A DNA stretch of 64,000 nt, from positions 140,058,001-140,122,000 of the forward strand of contig NC_042998.1 in NCBI RefSeq assembly GCF_006345805.1, given 5' to 3'. The notes beneath the pieces are model-generated. The model had not been told where the DNA came from. It did no database searches and worked only from the letters and a program-made list of their open reading frames with translations. Source of the stretch: Octopus sinensis (lineage: Eukaryota). The translations under genes and the position numbers were made by a program. This document shows, piece by piece, positions 38,461 through 50,671 of the stretch. Each line of letters starts with the position of its first letter. Within the stretch, counting starts at the first letter, position 1.

Positions 38461-40961
38461 CAGATACTTATTTAGTACTCTAATAATGTCTGATACTACC
38501 TAGGTGACTTATTAGGCTGATATGTTGTTATTATTTTCACCCTTTAAATTAAAATATCCATTTTATTTTAGGGGACTTCAGCTGGTGTTGCTCTGACTAG
38601 CTTCTTCACTACCACCACTGACATCAATATATTAGTGTTGGTGGTGATGGTGGTGAAGAAGCTGAAGTTCCTGAAGTCCCCAGGGACTTGTGGAAATCAC
38701 AAGACCAAGCAGATTTCTTATATTTCAACTCAACCACAGTCAACTGAATCTGCAACAATGCTACATTTTTGCCTGTTTTATTTTTATGGGGCAATGCAGT
38801 CATTAATGTTTTGTCTGTTAGGAAGGCCATTTTCCTCCATTACCCAATTCAGCACTTTAACAATTTGCTTTTGCCTTTCTCATGCTATTTCTCTCAAACC
38901 CCTCCTGCACATAGGAAACCTAGGTAGAATCATCTTACACACACATTCAAATGTTACATTATTTGTGAAAGGACCAATATCTAGAGTACCTGGATTAGTC
39001 ACTGAAATAACGTGTAACAAACTACTAACAAATTTAAAAACATTTTATGCCTGTGTGAGTCATGCACAAATAAACTATTAAATAGCTTTGATATTTTATA
39101 ACTTCCTAGATTTAATATTGATATCATTACTTGTCTTTGGACCTAATTTGCTTTCCAACTCTGTGAAATTGATGACTACATGGATGACATCGGTAATGGT
39201 GCTCACTCAATAATCATAAAAGTTGCTCCTTTTCTTGTGATGATGGACTTCTGTGGATGTTTTGTTTTTAATGTTCTTTTTATGGTTCTACTGCCGCCAT
39301 TACTTTCTTCCTTAGTTACTTTTTAGTTGGGCAGCTCTTCATCAATAGTTAAATAACTAATAGATCATCATACTACGAGGGTTATAAGATGAAATTCTTA
39401 GCTATTGTTAATGAAAAAGCATTTCTTCTCCCTACAGTCCATACAAAGATTTAGCACTTCATCATTTTTGTGGTCACCTGCAAGAAATGTTGAGAGAAAT
39501 GGGGCAGTCAATCATTCAGCAATTTAGAAAATGGTAACTAAATGTCTAAGTCTGTAAAATAAAAACCCAACTCAAACCCAATATATGATATTGGATATAA
39601 AATTAAGAAATCTTCTACAGGGTGCAACAGGAAAACCTCCTATCTTTTATATGGCTTTTACTATGGTGCTAAGGGAATTAGGCAGATGGTAACAGTGTCT
39701 TAATGTTTTACCAGTTTTATTTTCAGTTACCCATCATGATTAGAACTGGTGTACACTGTGCATTTGACAACCTGTAAGATGTAGGGTGTGTTTTATTTTT
39801 GTCACTCCTGCTCTATAATACCACCAATAAACCTTAAAGTTTTAACAAATCAAAGGTCTGTAATAAGTGTCATTAATAATAACAAATGTTGGCATTATTG
39901 TTGTTATTATCATTATTTCATATATGCATAACACATTAGACTGTTGGAAAAGAAAAATTCCCAACATTGGGCTACAACAAGTGACCTTAGATGCCAAGAA
40001 CCTTCCTAAGTATCCTAGATGTCCCAAATAATACTATTTTCAATGATTATTATCATTTAGCATACTGGCAAAATGCTTAGCGATATTTTGTCCATCTTTA
40101 CATTCGGAGTTCAAATTCTGCTACGGTCAACTCTACTTTTCATCCTTTCAGGGTCAATAAAATGAGTACCAATTGAGCTATGAAGTTGATGTAATTGACT
40201 TACACCCCTGCATAAAGATGGCAATCTGGCAGAATCAGTAGAGCATCAGGCAAAATGCTTGGTGCATTTCTTCCAACTCTTTACAATATAAGTTCCTTTC
40301 AGTGTTGATAGAATAAAGTGCCAGTCAGGTACTGGGTTGATTTACTCAACTAACCCCAAATTTCACACCTGGTGCTCATGTAAGGAACATTATTATTACT
40401 TTTATGATTCTCCCAAATTGTGAGGTTAATGCCGTCATTGACTCTGGATCAAATGTGGACAGGGCAGAACTTTCAGAGAACTGCAGTTCTGGATAGACAT
40501 GGTCGAGCATTTAGTAATAAGATCTGCTGTGTGAAATAGTTAGATAATTCAAGGAATATAAACAGGTGCATTAGGGTGGAGTATGAAGTTTGCTACCTCA
40601 GGAGATAAACCATTATAGCTGTGATAAAATGAAGCAGAGTTCAGAAACATCATGTCTACAAGGTACAGGTTGTAGTGTTTGATGCCACAAACTCAAGGGA
40701 AAATCCTGCAAAACATTCTCCAAATGTTCAACCATGCTAATAGCCAACTTAGACCAAACATCAGACCAATGACATTCTACACCAGCTTTCTTCTAGATAG
40801 AAGCACTCTTGGCATCTTCGCTTGAACTAAATGGAAGGGCTCTCAAAAAATGTTAGCTACTTCTCATATCTCTGAAACTGTCTGTCTTCTAATACTGATG
40901 TCAGTAAACAAATTTAGTTACACGCTTTGCTGCGCTGGAGCAGATTTTGGTTCATTTACAG

Positions 40962-41339
40962 CTGCGGTTCTCAACCAGGCTCCAGATGGCCTCCTGAGGG
41001 TTCATATAAGATTGAGCGGGGTGGGTGGGGGTGTCCATGTAACAAAATAGTAATTTGATGATCCACAATAGTATTTAAGGGTCCCTGAGAAAATTTTGCT
41101 TTATATGTATTGCAAGAAACAGCTAGGTTTCTTTCTCTGACATTTTACATAGTTAAACCTACACAAGTTAATGGGTGGAAAAACAAAATGGAAATATTGA
41201 AAGAAGTTTCTATAAAACTAGTTTTTAAACTTTGAGACCAAAACCTGATCACTGACAAAATTCTGGTTATGGGGGTCCACCAGAATAAAATAGTAATCAA
41301 AGCGATCCATAAATTTTTTTAAATGGTTGAGAACCCCTG
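40962..41339. mobile_element. hAT (Charlie-like) MITE
   Basis: TIRs ctgcggttctcaacc / ggttgagaacccctg; 8-bp TSD-like atttacag / atttagaa. Confidence 0.75.
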
Positions 41340-41399
41340 ATTTAGAAACATAGAACTTCAAGATTGAGATATCAGAAACGGACAGGAAAATGGCCGTAA

Positions 41400-41690
41400 T
41401 TTCCAAGACCATAGTTTTCCCAACACTTCTCTGCAGATCTGAAGCTTAGGAACCTATTAGCACTATCTGAAGATCTTGGAACATTTTCATTAGTGCATCC
41501 TTTGAAGCATTCTTGAAATCAGCTGGCAGGACGATCAAACAAACATCAGTGAAGCCGACATTGAAATAATCACCTGGGCAGAACACCTTGACCGAATGAC
41601 TGATAACTGGTTTCTAAAACAAATCTACTTCCATCTGAAAGAATGAAAATAATGAAAAGGAAGACAAAAGAAATACTGGTTGGGTTATGA
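41400..41690 (+). pseudogene. Decayed RTE (BovB-like) ORF2 C-terminal fragment
   Basis: TIVFPTLLCRSEA, YLKILEHFH.CIL.SILEISWQD, WAEHLDRMTDNWFLKQI..GRQKKY, with stops. Confidence 0.7.
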
Positions 41691-42120
41691 TTCTCTTCCT
41701 TCTCACTGTGGCCTGCCTACTTTCTATGCTGACATGGATAGGACGGGTTGTTGCAGTTTGAGATGCTTGCTCCCTAGAATAGGTTAGAGGATATATTGCT
41801 CTCTTTTGTTTTAGCTCAGTTCATATGATATTGGATGTGTATTGGCTGTACTTTATTGTGATACTAGTACTAGAGAGGTTACCATGTTCTTGACAAAGGT
41901 AACATTCCTGTGCCCACTATCAGGCTAGCTGTACAAGAGGGCTTTGTGTATTCTTTCATCACTTGTTCTGATGATATGACCAGCCCAGTGCAATTGCAAC
42001 TACATAAGGAAGCTTTCGATTCTACCAATCTTGCACTTGCTAAACAGGAGAATGGAGTGAGCAACACATTTTATTGCATAATACTACAATGGTTTTGTCA
42101 ACATTTTACTAGGAATTATT

Positions 42121-43303
42121 GCTGGAATACTACTGGATGTTGTCTACCTTGACTTTGCTAAGGCTTTCAACTCTGTGCCACACAAAAGGCTTATGGTGAA
42201 ACTCTCTGCAATGGGTGTGGGGGATGACCTTTTTAACTGGTTGAAATCCTTCATCCTCAGCCGAAAGGAGGTAGTCACAGTTCTAGGACAGCACTCTACA
42301 CCATATGAGATGTCATCGGGTGTACCACAGGGATCTGTCCTTGGTCCCCTCCTGTTTGTGGCATACATTAATGACATAGATGCCAATTTAAAGAATGCCA
42401 CAGTATTGAAATATGCAGACGACATCAAGCTGTACCTTGAAATCAAGAGGACTGATCCTGATGTCTACAACTCTTTCCTGCAATCAGACCTAGACACAAT
42501 GCAGCAATGGATCACAGACTGGCAACTGAAACTGGCTGTGGACAAGTGTACCACCATGCATTTTGGGAGAAAAAACCCTGCGTCCACATACTCCCTCCAC
42601 AACACTGATATCAAGAAATCCTCTTGCGAGCGTGACCTAGGCATCACTGTCAGCAGTGATTTGCGTTGGACAAAGCATATCTCTAAAATTGTCAAGAAGG
42701 CCGAGGGTGTCTTGGCATCACTCAGCAAGACTTTTGTTAGCCGCTCTCCAGCCATCTATTTAAAACTGTATACAGCTATGGTACGACCACACTTGGAATT
42801 CGCATCATCAGTTTGGAATCCCTATCTTGCTCAGAACATTGACCTCCTGGAATCTGTCCAGAGATGTGCAACCAAACGCATACCCTCCATCAGACACCTA
42901 CCATATTCTGAGTGCCTTGTTTCCCTGGGCATGGATTCACTGAAGCTCCGGCGTCTGGCAACGGACTTGGTAAACACCCACAAGGTTATCAACCACCTCA
43001 CCAACAACACTGAACACCTTTTTGATCTCCATGTGTCCAACACACGTGGACATGCCTACAAAGTCAGAAAACAACACAGCTCCCATGACTTTCGGAAACA
43101 TTTTTTCACGCTCAGAGTTGCTGAAGCATGGAATAAACTGCCTGCGTCAGTTGTTGACTGCCATGAAATTGCATCCTTTAAGGCCCTCATGCTTTCCGAA
43201 ATCCGCCGAAACTACACCTGATTATATATACACTTTAGATGAGTTGTAGTGCACCTGAGCACTGTACACAATTATTATTATTATTATTTTATTATTATTA
43301 TAA
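42121..43303 (+). mobile_element. 5'-truncated CR1-clade LINE with an uninterrupted RT ORF (42121-43221), short 3' UTR and (ATT)n tail
   Basis: DVVYLDFAKAFNSVPHKRL, GVPQGSVLGPLLF, YADD, and the C-terminal NTRGH...RKHFFTLRVAEAWNKLP motif. 366 sense codons without a stop; tail at 43271-43303. Confidence 0.92.
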
Positions 43304-43788
43304 TATACAAAATAATACATCGTTTTAGTATTACTTCAACAATACTGGAAAATGTCAACTCTTCACTGTAATGCACTGTAAAATCTACCTGATAGTTGAT
43401 ATCTGTGGACTGGCTTTTCTAAAGCAAACTATAAGGCTAACAGCCAAATTGAGTGTACATGCTTGTGTGAATATAACTATGAGTACACACAGTCACATCA
43501 TGATTTGAAGCTCACCTACAGATGATGACATCCTTGTTAGTGGTGTCATGTGAAAAAACATTCGAACGAGGTTGTTGCCAGTGCTGCTGGACTGGCTCTT
43601 GTGCAGGTGGCACATAAAAAGCACCATTTGAGCATGGCCACCACCAGTACTGCCTGACTGGCCCTTGTGCCAGTGGCATGTAAAAGCACCCACTACACTC
43701 TCCGAGTAGTTGGCATTAGGAAGGGCATTCAGCCATAGAAACTCAGTCAAATCGTTCAACCCATGCTAGCATGGAAAGCAGATGTTAA

Positions 43789-43821
<33 letters not shown>

Positions 43822-44469
43822 GCAACTAGTGAAATTTGTTGTCATTTGCTGTCAACAAAATCATCTGCGCTCTCTGTGCTCTGGAGTTCCTCTGGAATAA
43901 AAAACCCTCACTTGACAAACATGTGAGGGGTTGGCAACAAGAAGTGTATCCAACCATAACAAACACTACCTCAGTACTTAACTTCCATCTGTGCTGCGGA
44001 AGCATAAAAATCAGGCATTAAATGAAATGATATCATCAATATCATCATTGTACTGTTCTATGCTTGCATGGATCAGATGGAATACATTGAGGCAGATTTT
44101 CTATGGTCGGATACCTTTCCTGTTACCAACCTTCAATTGTTTCCAAGCGAGGTAATATTTTCCCATGGTCAGATGTTTTCACTGAAGACTGGAAATGAAG
44201 GACACTGCTTGTATGACAGTGATGCTCATTTACAACCATCACATAATATCAAGACAAGAAGACACATATGCACCACACACACATGATGGGCTTTTTCCAG
44301 TTTCTGTCGAACAAATCCATTCACAAGGTTGTTTAGATGACCCTGAACTAAAGTAGAAAACACTTGCTCAAGGTCCAACACACAGTAAGATTGAACTTGA
44401 AACAATATGGTTGGGAGGTGACTTTCTTAACTACATAGACATGCCTATAAATATATAAATTTCCTTCTT

Positions 44470-44878
44470 GGGACACAAAACTCTACTTGTGAAGACCTGT
44501 TGAGGCAAGTGGAAATCGAAATCGATCAACATCAATGGAAATTGTAGCTGTGATACCAGTGCTGGTGGCACGTAAGTGAACCATCTGAACGTGGCCGTTG
44601 CCAGCGCCGCCCCGACGGGCCTCCATGCCGGTAGCACGTAAAAAGCGCCATTTGACCATGGCCATTTGCCAGCCCCGTCTGGCATCTGTGCCGGTGGCAC
44701 GTAAAAAGCACCCACTACACTCACGGAGTGGTTGGCGTTAGGAAGGGAATCTAGCCATAGAAACATTGCCAGATCAGACTGGGCCTGGTGCAGCCTTCTG
44801 GCTTCCCAGACCCCAGTTGAACTGTCCAACCCATGCTAGCATGGAAAGCAGACGCTAAATGATGATGATGATGATGAT
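44470..44878 (+). mobile_element. RTE LINE 3' UTR and tail
   Basis: Three gcacgtaa-type UTR units and a (GAT)n tail. Further fragments at ~4790-4940, 5515-5720, 16790-17005, 22590-22800, 26640-26780, 43495-43820, 46925-47100, 47655-47870, 55215-55600, 60575-60790 and 61175-61600. Confidence 0.8.
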
Positions 44879-45019
44879 GGCTGTGTGGTAAGAAGCTTGC
44901 TTCCCAAACCCATGTTCCAGGTTCAGTCCCACTGTGTGGATATCTTCAGGCCAAATGAGTGGTTTTGGTAGATGGAAACTGAAAGAAGCTCGTCATGTGT
45001 ATATCTATCTATCTATATC

Positions 45020-45054
<35 letters not shown>

Positions 45055-45445
45055 TATGTATATATATATTTCTTTACTACCCACAAGGGGCTAAACACAG
45101 AGGGAACAAACAAGGGCAGACAAACAGATTAAGTCAATTACATCGACCCCATCGGCGGAATTTAAACTCAGAACGTAGTGGTAGACAAAATATGGCTACG
45201 CATTTTGCTCGGTGTGCTAACGTTTCTGCCAGCTTGCCACCTTATGTATGTATTATGTATATATATATATAAGTGTGTCTTTGTCCCCCCCCCCACCACT
45301 TGACAACCAGTGTTGGTGTACTTACATCCCTGTAACTTAGCAGTTTGCAAGAGAGACTGATAGACTAAGTATCAGGCTGAGAACAAATAAGTACTGGAGT
45401 TGATACATTTGAGTAAAAAGATTCAAGATGCTCCAGCATGGCCAC
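44877..45445 (+). mobile_element. SINE family A with a family B SINE (45065-45240, - strand) nested in its microsatellite
   Basis: Family A head, (TA)n, inverted family B copy, then the family A tail resumes at ~45260. Confidence 0.7.
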
Positions 45446-46928
45446 AATCTAATGCCCTACACTACACAACCCAGTCCCTTGACCCATAATGTCCATTCCT
45501 TGTTATTTCACCTAAAGTCACTACTCTCTCCTTGTCTACTTTCTGTTATGGGAGCTCTTAAGTATTTCAAGTTACAAACTGTCCTCACTACTGCTGTGCC
45601 CCAAAAAAAAATCACCCACCACACTGTAAAATGGTTGGCAAATTGAGTAAGCGACAATGCAGGCTTGAGAGTACTCTTCAAGTCTTGCTGGGGACAAGAT
45701 AACTTCTACAATGCTGGTGCCACAAACACAATATATACAGGACATTCTGTATAGAGGATAGCATTAGAAAAGACATCCAGCCATAGAAACCATACCAAAA
45801 CTGATGCCTTGGAGCATGACAAGGTCCTCCGACTGGTTAGATCCTGTCAAATCAACCATCCATGTCAGCCGGGAAAGCGAACTTAAAAGGTTAAGGATAA
45901 TGTATGCAGGACACTCTGTATAATGGATAGCATTAGAAAGTATATCTAGCCATAGAAACCATGCCGAAACTGATGCATTGAAGCATGATACAATCCTCCA
46001 ACTGGTTGGATCCTATCAAATCAACCAATCCATGCCAAAAAGGAAAGCAAGCTTAAAAGGTTAATGATAATGATGATAATTATTATGATAAATGTTATAT
46101 GCTTATTTATTTGTAATCGCCAATATTTGATAGAATACATGTATATCAATATATTATTATTAACATAATTTGTAAGTACAAAATGTATTTTGTTTGTTTA
46201 TTTGTTTTCTGCTGGTTTGCTGTATCCCCCAAATACCTAATTAGCAATGTTTAGATTTATTGAGAAAAACATTGTTTCTCTCAATATAAATCCATAATAT
46301 CTGAATTTGTTGGAATGAAATTTAATTAATGGTTTCTTTGCCATCATCATCATCATCATCATCACTATCATTTTAATGCTCACTTTTCCATGCTTTTATG
46401 GGTCAGATGGAATTTGTTGAGGCAGATTTTCTACAGCTGGATGCCCTTCCTGTACTAACCCTCACCTGTTTTTAAACAAAGTAATATTTCTTCATGGCCA
46501 GAAAATGTTTTTCATGGAAGACTGAAACTGAGCAACCTCACTTGTATGATGATGCTTGTTTACAATCAACATGTAATGTCAAAATAAGGATACACACACA
46601 CTCTCTCTCTCTCTCTCACACACCCACATAAGACAGGATTCTTTCCGTTTCCATCTATCAAATCCACACACAATGTCTTGGTCAATCAAGCAGGGAAACT
46701 GAACTTCAAACCACATGGTTGGGAAGTAAACTTTTTGACCACACAGCCAGGCTTGTGCCTACCTTTATTAGCGTTGTATAATAAATATTTTAGTTTTATC
46801 TTTTATCTACCTCAGTAATTGGATTGTAGTTATGCTGAAGAACCACTTTGAAGGTTTTTAGTTGAACAGATTGCATCTGGGTATGGAAAGTTATGTAATG
46901 AAGACCAACATCATCTACTAATAAGCAT

Positions 46929-46963
<35 letters not shown>

Positions 46964-47981
46964 TTAACGTCCATTTTTCATGCTGGCATGGGTTGCACAA
47001 TTTAACAGAAAACTGGTAAGCCGGGGAGCTGCACCAGGTTCCAATCTGATTTTATCATGGTTCCTACAGTTGGATGCTCTTCCTGATGCCATGATGTCAG
47101 ATGCAACAGCAATCATAACATTAATGTATAGAAGAAAGGGGATGGGAGGAATAGCTGAACCCTTATGTACACCAGAGTTGACAGAATGTTGGTAGAATAG
47201 AATATATATAGTTTGAAGCTCTATTGTTTCACCTACTTCACCATCCCTGTCAAGCCTTTCCCATCCCTCATCTCCCTATGACTCATACCTCTATCACTTT
47301 CCTAACTACTGCTATATCATACTGCTGTAATCCATGAGAGTAGAACTACATATGATAGATGGCTAGTAGCTACCTTTGTTGCAGCCACTATCAGAACCTA
47401 TAGCCAATCCTCACTCAGATCACTCCCCATCATCTTAAAAAAAAAAGAGAACATACATTAGAGAATGTAGTGTATCACATCCCTAAAAATGGCTTGATGG
47501 CCATAGCCAGAAGGGCTTTTATCTTCTTGTTCAATCTGAATTGACTTGAGGCTAAATAACAACAACAGAGAGATAAGCCAAAATGGAATCTAAATGTAGG
47601 ATTACAACCATATGTCCCTTTGTCTTAGGGCTTACTTTGGGCTAAACAACATACATCATCATCATCAACATCCTCATTTAGTGTCCCTTTTTCCATGCTG
47701 GCATGGGTTGGACAGTTTGACATGAACTGATGGGCCAGAGGGTTGTGCCAAGCTCCAATGTCTGCTTTGACATCGCTTCTACAGCTTGATGCCCTTCTTA
47801 ATATCAACCACTTTAGAGTGTATTGGGTGGGTTTTTCTGTGGCACCAACACTAGTGATGTCCCAAAGTACTCTTTAAGACCTGAACTGAGTGGGGTGTAA
47901 GTTTTGAGGAATATGAAAGTATGATAAAGGAACAGGAGCAGGTATCTTGCTGAAGAGCTAAATACACGACTTCCCCATGTG

Positions 47982-48021
<40 letters not shown>

Positions 48022-48078
48022 TTAAATCAAAGTACAAGACAAGTATGAGACAGAAATAGGGAAATAGGATGGACAAAT

Positions 48079-48408
48079 CAGTGGTTCTCAGCCATTTTTT
48101 TACCTGTAGACCTCTTTGTCTATTCTGGTGGACCTCCAAAGCCATTAAAAACTAGTTTTATAGACACTCTTTCCTAAATTCCAATTTTGCTTTTCAAACA
48201 ATAACTTGCCATTTGATCTATGTAAAATGTTAGAGAAAGAAACCAAGCTGTTTCTTGCAATAAATACATCTAAAGCAAAATTTGTCCATGGACACTTGAA
48301 ATACTGTGGATCTCCAGTTTACTATTTGCTTGAAAAATTTTGCTTCAAAAATTTTACACCCCCCCCCCTCGGGAGTGGGGTTGTATGAACCCTGTTTGAG
48401 AACCACTG
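48079..48408. mobile_element. hAT MITE, same family as 40962-41339, opposite orientation
   Basis: TIRs cagtggttctcagcc / tttgagaaccactg; shared internal atgtaaaatgttagagaaagaaaccaagctgtttcttgcaat. Confidence 0.75.
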
Positions 48409-49624
48409 GGATAGAAGAACAGAAAAGGTGAGTGGGTAGGTAAGTGTGCTAGATGGTAGAGGGAACTAAAAAATATGTAAACAGTAACACTGCATCATAT
48501 TCAATCAGCCTTACATATCAGAATGGCCTTCAACTAGATGGTAGTAAGTCATATCTGAAGCTATGGATCAGTGGAGTGCACCAACTACCTACGTGGTGCC
48601 ATAGGTCTTCTTAATCAGGGCTACCAGGGTTGTACAGCAGCTAGTATTTTAATTATAACAGCAATCTCCATTCAACCCTTTTGATTCACACCCATTTCTA
48701 TATATCTCAATATTTCTTCTTTTTTTTGTGAGTTGGTGGTTAAATAATCTGAAATAATAACTATTTTAAAAAGTGCTTACCAAAACTTTAAAAAAACTAA
48801 GAAACAAACAAACTATAAAAACCTCCTTCGGTTTATATGCAATAATTGTAATTAAAGTTAATTATTTTGAAGTTTATCAGTGCTTTGTTAACTTGAAGAT
48901 TGTGAAATTGAAATTTAGAAAGAATTTGACTGATGCTTAACTTGTATTACTTTTAATTTGGTCATTTATCTCTTCTAATGTGTGAACTGTTTTCATTATA
49001 GACCCTATATTGTTATCTCGCTATCACCAAGTTTTTGCTTTGTTTTTCCATATATATATATATATATATAAATGTATAATAGTAGACGACCATCAATTTG
49101 AATAACAAAAAACATCATCTTTGATTTCATATGCACATGATCTCATTATATATCCTTTTGATGTGTGTTTGTGCACACGCGCACACACATACACACACAC
49201 TTACATAGATCAATGTGCTTATGCTCATATATTGATATAGATACAGCTACCATTATGTTCTTATACACACACATTGATATATATGTATATATACATATAT
49301 ACCTACCACTGTGTGTTTGCACACACACATATTGATAGATATACCTATCACATGCATATTTTTGTATAATGGAAAACACTGCAAATATATTTTCTTTATA
49401 AATATAAGACTTAACTTCATCACAGACTATTATACAGGAATCATATACATTTCCACATAAAAACATTCTTATCATATTATTCTATCATGAACTGAACTTT
49501 TCTTCTTTTTTTTTTCTTTTTAGGCATTGTTCTACAAGTTCTTTTTTTTTTTCTTTTTTGCTCTATTGTCTGTCTTTTGTCTTGCTTTATTTATTGAAAC
49601 CCATTTCTCGTTTTTATATTTTAG

Positions 49625-49677
49625 ACTATCTCTGACCTCCAGAATACTATTTATAAGTTGAAGGATGATTTGAAAAG
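49625..49677 (+). CDS. CEP112: Internal coding exon (53 nt, phase 0-2): TISDLQNTIYKLKDDLK(R/S)
   Basis: Acceptor tttttatattttAG, donor GTaggt. Similar to recalled CEP112 IIAELQTTISSLKEENS. No convincing downstream phase-2 exon was found in the window. Confidence 0.8.
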
Positions 49678-50305
49678 GTAGGTATTGCAGTAGAGCTTAT
49701 CTCATTTCTGGAAACATCTTTCACTGAAAGAAACTGTTTTACATTAATATTAGTTTCAGCAATTTGTCTTCATAATGCTGCCAAGGTAAATATGGTTGCT
49801 TCTTTCTCAAGCAGTTTGAGAAATAAATTTCAGGAAGATACAATTACTGAAGAGTCATTTATAATATTTAGGAATGAGATTTTTATTAAGGAATTGGTTT
49901 CTATTTATATGAATGCTGACATCTTCAGCTTATTAAAGACCTAGTATTTCAGAGCAAGGATGTATTTGCAACAACCTGGAAATATTCTGAAAACTGTTGT
50001 AACACAGAGTTAAATGCTTACTTCATCACTTGATTCACTAAACTAGTATAGATAATGGGTTAGAGAAAGATTTCAGTTAAAAAAACACAGACTACAAATG
50101 TAGATCACCTATCGTTATGTATGTGTGAGTGTGTGTGTGTGTATGTATCTGTGTATATATATATATAGTAATTATTATTTGAGGGAATAAAATCCAAACT
50201 TACAAGGAAAAAGAATATATATATATATATATATATATACATACATACATATATATACACACACATACATATATTACAAGGTTTGGAGATGATGTACATG
50301 TATTA

Positions 50306-50549
50306 TATATTAGAAGAAATAAGGTACTTAGAAATCTGGATGGTTTTACATTTACAGATTTTTATTAATATGTCACATGTTTTTATAAATCATATATTAG
50401 TGCTTGCATCTACTCTAGTAGAATCTGGAGATTCTACTAGAGTAGATGCAAGTGCTAATATATGATTTATAAAAACATGTGACATATTAATAAAAATCTG
50501 TAAATGTAAAACCATCCAGATTTCTAAGTACCTTATTTCTTCTAATATA
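50306..50549. repeat. Near-perfect 244-bp palindrome (121-bp arms, 2-nt spacer)
   Basis: Arms 50306-50426 and 50429-50549 are reverse complements at 119/121 positions. Confidence 0.97.
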
Positions 50550-50567
50550 GATACATACATATATATG

Positions 50568-50602
<35 letters not shown>

Positions 50603-50610
50603 TATATATA

Positions 50611-50659
<49 letters not shown>

Positions 50660-50671
50660 CATATATGTGTG

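Noticed and set aside
38580-39500. Possible piggyBac transposase remnant (minus-strand YNP...LTIDEELP)
   Set aside because: Only short scattered motifs, with suggestive matches on conflicting strands; it needs a frameshift-aware search.
40602-40662. Exon-like AG...GT segment (EINHYSCDKMKQSSE...)
   Set aside because: It is 61 nt, frame-breaking and has a weak acceptor; the expected CEP112 segment is already supplied by 31885-31947.
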